Origin: a virus
Taxonomy: Duplodnaviria; Heunggongvirae; Uroviricota; Caudoviricetes
Length of the DNA: 40,931 nucleotides
IMG/VR virus record: IMGVR_UViG_3300021400_000113
Span: 1 to 40,931 of that record
Reading direction: 5' to 3' (one strand)
Positions 18,114 through 28,597 of this stretch are shown here, one piece after another (positions within the stretch are counted from its first letter, which is position 1; each line of letters starts with the position of its first letter). A program made the position numbers and the translations under genes. The notes beneath the pieces are model-generated. The model searched no databases, was not told the DNA's origin, and was given only the letters and a program-made list of their open reading frames with translations.

Positions 18114-18449
18114 TTGCGGTATCCGTGGAAAGATATGAATGAGTATGAGTTGGAGTTTGGAGACACTGTAATTAAGGCGGGAAAAGGAAAAATGGGTCTA
18201 ATTGAATTAGACCGAAACCAAATTCCTTGTATTCATATAACGCATATCTTTAATGAAAAAGCAAAGAAATGGGTACCAGTAGATAATAAAGGTCCGATTG
18301 AGGCCTATCAAATTCCTCTCTTTAATACGCGCAAATCAAGATTCTATTGGTGGCGAAAGAATTATATTATTGAAGATGTAATGTGGATAAGGAGCAAGCA
18401 TGAAAGAGAGCGAATGGAAGCGATTTCACGATTAGCTGATCTATTGTAA
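18114..18449 (+). CDS. hypothetical protein (weak YopX-like N-terminus)
   Basis: KDMNEYELEFGDTV; downstream of promoter. Confidence 0.6.
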   Translation: MRYPWKDMNEYELEFGDTVIKAGKGKMGLIELDRNQIPCIHITHIFNEKAKKWVPVDNKGPIEAYQIPLFNTRKSRFYWWRKNYIIEDVMWIRSKHERERMEAISRLADLL

Positions 18450-18663
18450 GAATTGTAATGTAACTTCTTCACGTATTACTCCATATTGTGCTTGGTGCGG
18501 AAGTAGAATGAAAAATTATTTTCGTCCAGAAAAATGTGAATGCTATCATGTTGAATACGGCAAGTCAGTTTGTTGGGGCACAAAAGAGCGTGAAGTTTGT
18601 AACTGTGAAGGTATTAAACGAAATTGTAATTTTTATGAAGAAGTAAGACGGAGTGGAGAATGA
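18400..18663 (+). CDS. Cys-rich protein with 1 TAG=Gln
   Basis: AAGGAG RBS; CKNC...YCAWCG...CWGTKEREVCNC; ATGA overlap with next gene. Confidence 0.7.
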
Positions 18664-19067
18664 ATTTTGGACATTATTTACTTATTTTAATTGGAATGTT
18701 TTTTCTACATATTGTTGATGATTATTATTTACAAGGTTGCCTCGCGCAAATGAAACAACAATCATGGTGGGAAAAAAATGCGCCAGATGAAAAATATAAG
18801 CATGATTATATAATGGCTTTATTTGAACATGCTTTTAGTTGGTCTTTTATGATACAGCTCCCTTGGTTTGTATTAGATTTTATTAGTTATGATACGGGCC
18901 TAACGGTTTGTTTAGTTATCACATATATTTATAATACTTGTGTTCATGCTTTTGTAGATACTTTAAAAGCGAATGAGCATATACTTAATTTAATTGAAGA
19001 TCAAAAAATTCATTTTATTCAAATTACTGGAACTTGGTTAATTTTATTACTAGCATATATTATATAA
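18660..19067 (+). CDS. DUF3307-like membrane protein
   Basis: HIVDDYYLQ, H...HAFVD.LK and DQKIH motifs. Confidence 0.7.
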   Translation: MNFGHYLLILIGMFFLHIVDDYYLQGCLAQMKQQSWWEKNAPDEKYKHDYIMALFEHAFSWSFMIQLPWFVLDFISYDTGLTVCLVITYIYNTCVHAFVDTLKANEHILNLIEDQKIHFIQITGTWLILLLAYII

Positions 19068-19084
19068 AGGAGAAAAGAAAGAAA

Positions 19085-19507
19085 ATGAGGATTAATATTT
19101 CTAAGAAGGATTGTAGTTTCTATGTGGATGAAGAGAAGCGTAAGGTTGTATGCGTGATTCCCGATACTCAGTGGCTTGTACTAGACTACATTAGTGACGC
19201 ATTTGATATGCGTTGGAGCGATGCTACTATTAATAAGCTAATGTTGCCCGCGCGCTTTGTGGGTATTGCTACTTGTAGCGAAGAAGATGAGTTTAATGAA
19301 GATATTGGCCGCGAAATCGCCTTTAACAAGGCTAAGTTTAAGCTAAATACTAGTTTTTTCAAGCGCGCTGACTGGTTTACTAATGAACTAGACAAGGAAA
19401 TTGGAGAATTTGTTCAGAGCGTAAATAATTTTGGGGCGGCCCTCACCGCGGGGGCAGAGCGCCGTGAAGAAAAGATCAAGGCCTATTTTGGAGAAACTAA
19501 GGTATGA
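19085..19507 (+). CDS. conserved phage hypothetical protein
   Basis: GIATCSEEDEFNEDIGREIA motif; AAGGAG RBS. Confidence 0.75.
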   Translation: MRINISKKDCSFYVDEEKRKVVCVIPDTQWLVLDYISDAFDMRWSDATINKLMLPARFVGIATCSEEDEFNEDIGREIAFNKAKFKLNTSFFKRADWFTNELDKEIGEFVQSVNNFGAALTAGAERREEKIKAYFGETKV

Positions 19508-19671
19508 TGACGGTAAAAGAACTTATTGAAATTCTTCAAACAATGCCGCAAGATTGTCCCGTAATGAATGGCTATAACGCGGTTGAAGATGTATATTTAG
19601 ATGAAGAATTTTATTTCGCGGACTCACAAAATCCACGCACTGCATTTGGGCCCGCGGTTGTAATTGAATAA
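19504..19671 (+). CDS. small hypothetical protein
   Basis: MTVKELIEILQTMPQD N-terminus; ATGA coupling. Confidence 0.7.
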   Translation: MMTVKELIEILQTMPQDCPVMNGYNAVEDVYLDEEFYFADSQNPRTAFGPAVVIE

Positions 19672-19707
19672 AAAAATAAGAGGAGCCAAAAGGCTCCTCT
19701 TATTTTT
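19672..19707. terminator. bidirectional intrinsic terminator
   Basis: AAAAATAAGAGGAGCC-aaaa-GGCTCCTCTTATTTTT between convergent genes. Confidence 0.9.
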
Positions 19708-21193
19708 ATACATTATAAATGTTATCTAGCTCTTCTTCACAAGCGTCAACTTGACTTTGAATTTGTGAGAGTTGCGCTTTAATAAATGTTAATGTTTCTT
19801 TTAACGTTTTAACTTGTTCCGCTATATCAATAATAACGGGTGTATCTGGTGGTGAGACAGGAGAAAGAGTATTCGCGTATTGTTCTTCAATAACTGGTAA
19901 GGTAGCTTTGCCAACCTTTCCATCAACTTTTAAATTATTTTTAGATTGAAAACTGCGAACTGCTTCTTCTGTCTAAGCGCCGAATTTACCATCTGGCTTC
20001 CCAGCATCATATCCTAATGTATTTAACATTAATTGTAGTTTATATACTGCCTCTCCTGATGAACCCCTCTTTAATGTTGCCATAGCTTTCACCTCACTTA
20101 CCTATAATAAAAATGGTTCTGGATAAAGTCCAATTGGAATTGCCCAATGAGTCCAAGTAGTATCGTCTGTTGAACCATACTTTACTTCGCCAGAACAATG
20201 AATTATAAGTCCATCTCCTATATGTAATCCAGTATGACTCATTTTCCCATCTTTCTATTTGAAAACGCAACAAACACAATTTGGTATTCCATCTGCGGTA
20301 CGTCCTTTCTTTACCCAAGTGCCACTATTCCATTGTGTTGTTGCCCCAACTGTACTTATATAAATTCCAACCTGACTTAAACAATAATAGGTAAAGCCAC
20401 GACAATCAAAAATACGAGTGCCTTCATATTTACAGCCATCACAAGTTTTCTTTGATTTATTTAATACCTAGCATTTACTTACTATGGTAGGATATAAACT
20501 ACTCTTTCTGCGTTCTCTTTGTTTTGGAATACAAGGCTCTCCAACCGCACCAAAAACATACGGATAGCCTAAGCAACTTTTAGCAATATCTATTACTTTT
20601 TGTGCCTTTGTTATACCATAATCATTTTCTAAGTATGTGTAAGGATAGTAGAAAGCAAGAATTGTTTTATAATCTATACCTTGACTCGCGGCATAAATAC
20701 ATCCAACCTGGCTCATACCTACCCCCGTACCCGATAATTTTGCTCTGGTGGCAGCATCCCATGGGTCGTCCTATTCAATAAGGAAGGGTAATTTTCCTCC
20801 CCATTTTTCTTCGCTAGAAACTGTGCGGCCGCCATTGCTTGCGGTATAAATAGAATTAATTACTTTCTCATTATACATAAGTACTTGTCCTGCGGTTTCA
20901 TTTGTAGCTAAAATACAATTAGGATATAACATTGGATCGTATCTTTTTGCCCGATAGGCTTGTGCATCGCTAGAAGAGTCACTAATGGTTAAACCGCGCA
21001 ATACGCCACGCGAAATAGCAAAAGAACGTGCCGCGACCGCTTGCGCTTTACATGCTTCAACACTACTATTTCCTATTTCAGAAGCGGTAACTGCGGCTAC
21101 ATATTGTTCAAATTCTACTTCAACAACAGTATCCAGCTAAACATTAAAGTATTCAGCATTTTCATTCCTTGTAAGTTGTACTTTGATTTTCAT
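19706..21193 (-). CDS. endolysin: SpoIID/LytB-like + NlpC/P60 + peptidoglycan-binding domain; 495 aa with 6 TAG=Gln
   Basis: AGGAGG RBS; ASE...EACKAQAVAARS and GVGMSQ (SpoIID); LGYPYVFG, FDCRG, HTGL, IHC (NlpC/P60); LKRGSSG...DGKFG...FQ...VDGKVG (PG_binding_1). Confidence 0.88.
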
Positions 21194-21258
21194 AGTACCA
21201 CCTCCTTTTATTTAAGTAGTATCATTACAAATAAAACACAATAAAAAAAGACGGATTA

Positions 21259-21681
21259 TTAATCCGTCAGTTTTTCATAACAATATCCGTCATTGGTAGT
21301 ATAATGAAGATTTTTAATTTTCACCTTTTTAATTGCTGCCATACAGGACGGGCAAGGACGACAATTAGCGAGCCGCCCATCTTTAAATTCACGATATATA
21401 TATAGATGAACTTTCTCGAAATCAATATCAAGATACTTGATTTTTGTCAAGGCCCCAATTTCCGCGTGCGTTTTACAAGGTAGATACCTATTGCCACAAT
21501 CTTTATAGCGCCAGCAATTGAATTGCGCCTGTGCCGTATGAGTTTTATCCGTATTCCAACTCTTAGCCAAAATGCTGCCACGATATACAACAACACAACC
21601 AATTCGGGCCTTGCCACCGCCCGTATAATCTGCTTTCAAACTACATTCGCGCGCGACCTTAAACAAGTGAGAATCGTTCAT
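21259..21681 (-). CDS. zinc-dependent cytidine/dCMP deaminase-family protein
   Basis: HAE and PCPSC motifs; own promoter at 21707-21735 (-). Confidence 0.85.
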   Translation of the reverse strand: MNDSHLFKVARECSLKADYTGGGKARIGCVVVYRGSILAKSWNTDKTHTAQAQFNCWRYKDCGNRYLPCKTHAEIGALTKIKYLDIDFEKVHLYIYREFKDGRLANCRPCPSCMAAIKKVKIKNLHYTTNDGYCYEKLTD

Positions 21682-21858
21682 ACAAATCTCCTTTCTTTAT
21701 ATAAATATTATATCAAAAATTTTTGAAAAAGTCAAATAGAAAATAAAAAAGTGGGTTTATATTGAAGTTCTGGCACTACTTTTATAGGGGAATATATCTC
21801 TCCAATGAGAGATTAAAAATAATTATAATTTTATATATGAGATAAAGGAGGGAAAGAA

Positions 21859-24513
21859 ATGGCATATGAAAAACATTTTTGGGCTGCATAGGAACCCATT
21901 ACAAAAGAAAAAATGTAGCATATCGAAGATGGTATAGAACAAATGTCTAATCCGACCGATAGTTAGGTAACTACCGCAGTAAATGCTTGGCTTAATGACC
22001 ACCCAGGTGCTACTTCTACTGTACAACTTAATAGTATAACAAGAGATAAATTAGTTACTGAAATTGCCGCAAGAATTGATCATATTGATGCATAGAGTAA
22101 TACTTTAGGTATAATTCCTTTGATGTGGGAGAGTGGCGGACTTTATTATAGTGCTACTTCTACAGAAACTCCAACGCACGGAGCAGGTGAAGAATATATT
22201 TCGTCTGAACTTATTAGAACAAAATTTATATCAGTGGCTTCAGGAGAAATATATCGTTTTGATTGGCTTATTCAAGAAGCTTTAAATATTTATGGTTTTG
22301 CGGGTAATACATCGACTTCATTAGGTTCAAATGAACGATTATCAGGAACATAGGGATATGTCGCTACTAGATATGATCAGTAGCCTTTATATTATTAGGT
22401 TCCAGAAGGAGTAAATTATATACGTTTACAAATTAGAGGAAATATTAATAATAATAAACCAATAATGATAAAAGTAAAAGATTCTGTTTATGCAGAGGAA
22501 TTAATGAAATTAACAGAAAATTAGACGGGATAGTTAATTTCTGAAAAAGCAGTATAGACAAATAGTATTGATTGTACACAAATTTCTATTAATGAAGATT
22601 TAAATAATTATGTAATTCCAGGAAATTATTACGCGGCCACTACAGCAATTGCTAGTTCATTACAAAATTTGCCAATGTCTCCATTTAATACTAAGTTTCG
22701 TCTTTTTGTTTTTGAAATGGCAGGGGCGGGAAATCCGACATAGATTATGATTACAGAAGCCGCGATTCCAAGAATATTTAAACGTTATTGCGCTGCAGGG
22801 AATTGGCGCGCATGGACATAGCTGGCCTCAATAAATCAAGTAATGGAAATTGTTAATGCGGATATTACTGCTGACAATAAATCTAATTATTTTAATGATG
22901 CAGATAATGCTCCTATTAACTCAGCTTATAGTATATCTTCTACCGCGGAAATAGCTAATACTCCATTAGGACCGGGAGTAGCATCTAATAACAGCACTAA
23001 TTATACTGATCTACGTAGTATTGCGGGTTACTAGAATGGTATTTTATATACTTATAAATCTGGAGTAATGACTAATTAGATATTTATTTCTACTACGAAA
23101 ATTTCTAATGGTAATAGTGATCCTACTGTGTTATGGTATCGAAGTAAATGGCAATCTGGAATTTGGAGTGATTGGCACGCTGCAGGTGACTAGGTAGCGC
23201 TTAGTGCTAGTAATATAATTATTGTTAATAAAATGATTGCTTAGTATATGGATTAGAATGGTAATTATACCACGATTAATACTGGAATTAATAACCCAGA
23301 ATATATGGGAGACGATCCGCGTATTTTCAATGATTTTAATAATGCGCCTATTAATAAAATGTATTAGATTGATTTAAATTGTACAGAGGATTTAATGGCA
23401 AATAATCCTATGCCAGGAAATTCATCTGTATTGTGCACTTTTGGTTTCGGATATGCCAGCACGCATGGACGTTTCCAATTGTGTGTAGGGTTGAATCATC
23501 CTAATGCTTTTGCCTTTGTCAGATATGGATATTTTCAAAGTTCGGCAGTTGGCTTCGTCTGGACACCCTGGGCAAAAATGACTGACTGCTCTACTATAGA
23601 GCAGGATATAAAAACTCTGAAATCCAAATTGCAAACCGAAACTCCTATTTCTGTAACATGGCAACAGGGCGTTATCAATACCAATGGCGCACTAGCGAAC
23701 TCGACAACCCGCATTCGTAGTCTGATGTATACCTTCAACAACGGCATTAAAATTGTCGTGCCAGAAGGGATGCAGGTTTCAACCCGTGTGTATAGCATGG
23801 ACGGAGCATATGAAACCTGGACGGCGTGGTCTGATGGGCCGATTGAAATCACACTAACAGAACCTAAACAATATAGATTCTGTGTGCGATATAGCGACCC
23901 ACTTGATGGAGAGATCCTTCCTGCAGCTGGTGCTGATATTGTTATCTACGATATCGGATATACGGACACTACACTTTCTGTAGAAGGTAAGGCTGCTGAC
24001 GCGAAAGCAGTAGGCGATGCAGTTAATGCAACTTTAGGTGCCAAAGGACGATTAACTAACGGCACTGACTTGAACACAATCAGGGCTTCCGGTTTTTATT
24101 TGCTGGGGTCAGGCGGGGGATACGTCAACGCACCCAATATATCCTACGGCTTCTTAACGGTAAAAACCATTAACACCATCACCTGCCAGATGGTGGAAAC
24201 ACCTACGGAGGTTTATATACGATTTTACGATAGTACCTCCTGGAGAGCATGGACTAATTTAACGCCTTAGAAAGAAAGTTTTGGCATAAAAGGTCGCTTG
24301 GTAAACGAGTCCGATCTAAATACAATTACGGAATCTGGCGTATATCAACTTGGAGAAGACGCAGGCTACAGAAACGCACCCAGTGGCTTGACTTATGGTT
24401 TATTAACAGTAAAAACTATTAATGAAATTGTTCACCAAAACATAGAAACTCCAACAGAAAATTTCTCTAGATTATGCTATTGGGATTCCTGGGGAATATG
24501 GAAACGCCAATGA
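21859..24513 (+). CDS. tail fibre/receptor-binding protein with pyocin-knob-like domains; 884 aa with 19 TAG=Gln
   Basis: AGGAGG RBS; four track ORFs share one frame broken only by TAG; PTDS*VTTAVNAWLNDHP, DLNNYVIPGNY, DTTLSVEGKAADAKAVGD, DLNTI..SG.Y. Confidence 0.82.
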
Positions 24514-24752
24514 ATATCTGAATATAATTATTATTAAAATTATAACCTATCAAATATGTACAAAAATAGTTAAGAACAGTAAGATTATTACTAACCCCAA
24601 AATAATAAATTAAATAGCATGAAAGAAAAAGAACAAAGTCAAGTTAAATATCACCACTTACTTATTGTAAGAACTTGACTTTTTCTTTTTCTTTATGGTA
24701 TAATATAATCATAAAGGGGGGAAAATAATTCCTCTATATATAAGGAGTAGTT

Positions 24753-24938
24753 ATGAAATATCAAAACGATTATTACGAAGAAAAGCAAATATCACAATCC
24801 AAAGAAGAAGAATTTGGATGCGCGTTTTGCTGGGATAAGAAGAAAAATAAAGATAAAGAACTTTATTTTTTCGATGCCGCGAATAATTTAAGACTATGTT
24901 ATTTTTGTCCTAACTGCGGACGAAAATATCAGAATTAG
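24753..24938 (+). CDS. Zn-binding hypothetical protein (TAG end; to 24947 if read through)
   Basis: CAFC...FCPNCGRK; AAGGAG RBS. Confidence 0.7.
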   Translation: MKYQNDYYEEKQISQSKEEEFGCAFCWDKKKNKDKELYFFDAANNLRLCYFCPNCGRKYQN

Positions 24939-24949
24939 GAGGGTTAAAT

Positions 24950-25438
24950 ATGAGCAATCCTTGGTTAAATAATGGAAATACAATCAACTCTCCGGTAGTT
25001 GGTGGTAATGGCGGTCCTACTATGACAAACTTTTGGGGTCCAAATGGAGGACAACAAAATCAACCTTCTGTTCCTTCTAATTTTTTGCCGCACTATGATG
25101 TTATTTAGGTTAGCGGTGAAAATGGTGCCCGTGCATTTCAAATGGGACCAAATAGTAGCGTTTTACTAGCAGATAAAGAAGCAGCTATTGTTTGGCTTGT
25201 ATGCACTGATGGCGCAGGGTATAAAACTATAATGCCTTATGATATAACCCCACATAGAGCAGCACCACCAGTTGATTTAAATAACTTAGAAACTCGTCTA
25301 GCACAAGTGGAGGAATGGATAAATGCAAAACAATCCGCTTTTGGCTCAGCTAAACAGTCAAAGAAGTCAAATGCCAACGCAAATACCAGCGCAAATGCAA
25401 AGATTGTAGCAAATGAGTCAGTAGATGCAACAACTTAA
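24950..25438 (+). CDS. conserved hypothetical protein (module gene 1) with 1 TAG=Gln
   Basis: AGGAGG RBS; VI*VSGENGARAFQMGPNSSVLL...TDGAG. Confidence 0.8.
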
Positions 25439-25631
25439 AGGTATAATGGCATAGGTTAAAACCGCGCAAAATCCATAGCTAATGCTTAATTAGATGTTAG
25501 GTAATAATCCTAATTTGGGATAGGCTATGGAATTAATCAAACAGGCGGGCGGTAATGGTTAGCAAGCATTTTATAATTATGCTAAACAACTTGGAGTAGA
25601 CCCACAATAGATATTAAATATGTTGCAATAA
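25323..25631 (+). CDS. Gln/Met/Asn-rich small protein (module gene 2); 102 aa with 8 TAG=Gln
   Basis: GGAGG RBS; absent from ORF track; 17 CAA/CAG plus 8 TAG codons; followed by terminator. Confidence 0.8.
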
Positions 25632-25632
25632 G

Positions 25633-25662
25633 AAAGAATTGGCTAAGCCAATTCTTTTTTTA
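25633..25662 (+). terminator. intrinsic terminator
   Basis: AAAGAATTGGC-taa-GCCAATTCTTT followed by T tract. Confidence 0.8.
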
Positions 25663-25692
25663 TTATAAATATTTTAAACGAGGTGCATCCGT

Positions 25693-26403
25693 ATGAATGA
25701 AAATGGATTAACCGCTTCTGATGTCGCTCTATTATCTGGTAATAACAATGATGGTTTCGGTAATGGAGGTTGGGGTGGAATGATTTGGTTATTCGCAATT
25801 CTCGCTCTAATGGGCGGCGGCTTTGGTGGAAACTGGGGCGGTAATGGATATCATCCACAGTATGCTACACAGGATTTCGTACAAAATGGCTTTAACTTTA
25901 ATGATTTACAAGATCAAAATCGTGATATAATGAACGCGATTACTAATGGAACCGCACAAGCAGTAGCCGCTTCTACACAAGCTAAATATGATAACATTAA
26001 TGTTATGAAAGACGTTCAGGCCGCTATTATCAGTCAGATTGGTGACATTCGCACTAATCAGATGCAATTACTAGCAAATCAGAATCAATGTTGCTGTGAT
26101 ACCCGTATGCTAATTAATGAAGTAGGCAATAATATTGCCGCGCAGATTGCTCAAGCACGTTATGAAAACGCTATGAATACTTCTGCAATTAATGCTAATA
26201 CAACTGCTCAAACTCAACGTATTCTAGACGTTATGACTGGCAATCAAATTCAAGACTTACGCGATCAAGTTGGACAGTTACAATTAGCTAATCAGCTAAA
26301 TGGCGTAGTTCGTTATCCTAATGGATGGACTTATAACGCCGGTAATAATCCTTTCTGCAACAACAATGGTTGCGGCTGCGGCTGCGGCGGATTTAACATG
26401 TAA
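25693..26403 (+). CDS. Gly-rich TM / Asn-Gln-rich / Cys-tailed protein (module gene 3)
   Basis: GAGGTG RBS; GGWGGMIWLFAILALMGGG, QCCCDT, C-terminal CNNNGCGCGC. Confidence 0.85.
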   Translation: MNENGLTASDVALLSGNNNDGFGNGGWGGMIWLFAILALMGGGFGGNWGGNGYHPQYATQDFVQNGFNFNDLQDQNRDIMNAITNGTAQAVAASTQAKYDNINVMKDVQAAIISQIGDIRTNQMQLLANQNQCCCDTRMLINEVGNNIAAQIAQARYENAMNTSAINANTTAQTQRILDVMTGNQIQDLRDQVGQLQLANQLNGVVRYPNGWTYNAGNNPFCNNNGCGCGCGGFNM

Positions 26404-26440
26404 TTAAACACCGAGCACATTTAGTGTGTCTAGTTTAATC

Positions 26441-26477
26441 AAAGAGGCACCTAATTATATAGGTGCCTCTTTTTTTA
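26441..26477 (+). terminator. intrinsic terminator
   Basis: AAAGAGGCACCTA-atta-TATAGGTGCCTCTTT followed by T tract. Confidence 0.85.
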
Positions 26478-26495
26478 TTATAGGAGGAATTTGTT

Positions 26496-26909
26496 ATGAT
26501 TCAAGTTTATAGTGATGGTTTAACAGTTGCTGCTGGTGGCACTTATCCTTTAAATAATGTTGTTTTTTATAAAGGAAATACCGCTGTTCCCGCAGGAGCG
26601 GGTGGAATTGCACTTAACAAGCGCGGAGTTTATAGTGTTTAGGTAGATGGCTTCGCTACATTAGCAGGAGCGGGAGATTATTCCATTCAGTTAACTCGTA
26701 ACGGCGTAGCACTACCACAAGCTATTAGTACAACTACTTTAACCGCGGCAGGTAGTGCTTCTGGTTCCTTCTCTACACTAGTTGTAGTAGAAGATAATGA
26801 TTGTTGCTGCAATTGGACTAGTTCCGCGGTAACTATTGGCGTTCTTAATCCTAGTGAGGTTGAAGTGACGGACGCACATATTAATGTAATAGTAACTAAG
26901 TTAGTATAA
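26496..26909 (+). CDS. beta-rich protein, possibly BclA-CTD-like (module gene 4), with 1 TAG=Gln
   Basis: AGGAGG RBS; GVYSV*V, QLTRNGVALPQA, CCC, INVIVTKL. Confidence 0.75.
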
Positions 26910-26923
26910 TGGAGGGATGAGTT

Positions 26924-27739
26924 ATGGCACAAGCAAATCAAGAATTACAGGCTCTCTACTCCGAACTAATTGATAGAATGAAGCAAGGTGTAGAAATGCA
27001 CGAATAGCTAGCGGATTATTATGGATTTTTAAATCTACCTGGCTATCAGAAATGCCATGAATATCAGATGCTATGTGAATTATTAACTTATCGCAAGGCA
27101 AAGGATACTTATATGAAGGAATATAACCAACTAGTTCCTTTATATAGTACCATGTATGGACTAAGCAATATGGGTAATAATTCAAATGGAATGAATAGTA
27201 ATAACAATAATAATGGTAATCGTAATATGAGTAATATGAATAACAATGGTATGTATAATTATACTAATGTTATTCCTCAAAATTGGTATAAATATACTCG
27301 TTATGAAGTAGATTCAAATACCAAGCGCAACGCGGTAAAAGATGGATTTAAGAAGTGGTTAGATTATGAAAAAGATACTAAACAGTTCTTAACTGAAATG
27401 GAAAAACGACTTGAACAGGCCGATGACCATGAATCCGCGCGCAAACTTGATTACCTTATTGACCATGTACAAAAAGAGATTGAAACTGCGGAAGAAAAGA
27501 TGATGGCTCTTGAAAATTCTAGCTATGATATGAATTATATCTTACAGTAGCAAGATCAATTAAAAGCGAAGTACGCGGATAAAATTCGCAAACTTAATAT
27601 GAAAGATTCCCAATTCCGTCGTCGCGGAATGGGTAATTATACAAATTATAATAATAATTTTGCTGATGAAGATGACGATGATGAATTTGCTTATCGTTAT
27701 CATTATCCAATGGCAAGAAAATATCCAGAATATTATTAA
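26924..27739 (+). CDS. helical, possibly ferritin-like protein with Asn-rich insert (module gene 5); 2 TAG=Gln
   Basis: GGAGG RBS; EMHE*LADYYGFLNLPGYQKCHEYQ, W..YEKDTK, LIDHVQKEIE. Confidence 0.75.
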
Positions 27740-27751
27740 AGGGTGATTTAA

Positions 27752-28114
27752 ATGATTAGGCTCATTTAGCGGCGTTTAATTATCCCTCGCGGTGATACTG
27801 GCTCTTTTACTTTACCAACATTAGGCACGGTAGAAGAGGGCGATGTAGCAGTATTCTCATTATATGATGCTTTAACACATAATACTGTTTTTGAAAAGAT
27901 TATTCCTGCGACAAATGAATCAATTACTTTTTCATTTACGCATAAAGAAACAGTTAAATGGACGCCAAAGCATTATTTATGGGACGTAAAAATTTATCAT
28001 ACACCGGAATATGATGAAGATGGCCTACTCATAAATGGAGCAGAAATTGATTCATATTATGCCGCATTTTCACTTCCAGTTTGTGATGTGAGAGAGGTGG
28101 CACAAGATGTGTAA
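27752..28114 (+). CDS. virion structural protein (BppU-N/Ig-like) with 1 TAG=Gln
   Basis: IPRGDT...YLWDVKI pattern; overlaps start of next gene. Confidence 0.7.
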
Positions 28115-28574
28115 AGAGCGCAGAAGAACGCGTGATTTATTGCTTGAATATGATACTGCTATTATGCCTGCTAGACCTCGCGCCGCAGGTCTAGCTATGG
28201 TATATCCGTGGGAAAATACGTCTTTAAATATTTTATCAAAACAAATTTATGAAATCGCAGCTAAGAATGGCTACCTAGAATCCGAAGAAAAATTTTGGAA
28301 GCATTTTTCTGAGGGCGCGGGTGTCGTTGTTGGTACAATTGATACCTTTGATGTCCCAGGAAAAGAAAATCAATTGTATTTAGATAAAGAAACAGAAATA
28401 CTTTATTATTTTAAAGTCGCCGGGCCAGAAATTGCTACTGAAATAGCAGAGCAAGTTGGTGCGGTAGTGGTAGGCACAGAAGATAGTAAAACTTATTTAT
28501 ATATTCCAATTCGTGCTTTGCCAATAGAACCACTTATCTTAGATTGCGGTTCTTCTACTATAACAATTGACTGA
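28107..28574 (+). CDS. hypothetical structural protein
   Basis: GAGGTG RBS; ILDCGSS C-terminus. Confidence 0.7.
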   Translation: MCKERRRTRDLLLEYDTAIMPARPRAAGLAMVYPWENTSLNILSKQIYEIAAKNGYLESEEKFWKHFSEGAGVVVGTIDTFDVPGKENQLYLDKETEILYYFKVAGPEIATEIAEQVGAVVVGTEDSKTYLYIPIRALPIEPLILDCGSSTITID

Positions 28575-28597
28575 AATGATGTCAAGGATGTGATTTT

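Noticed and set aside
27165..27270. AAT-rich tandem-like stretch
   Set aside because: It encodes an Asn-rich low-complexity insert within a CDS, not an independent repeat element.
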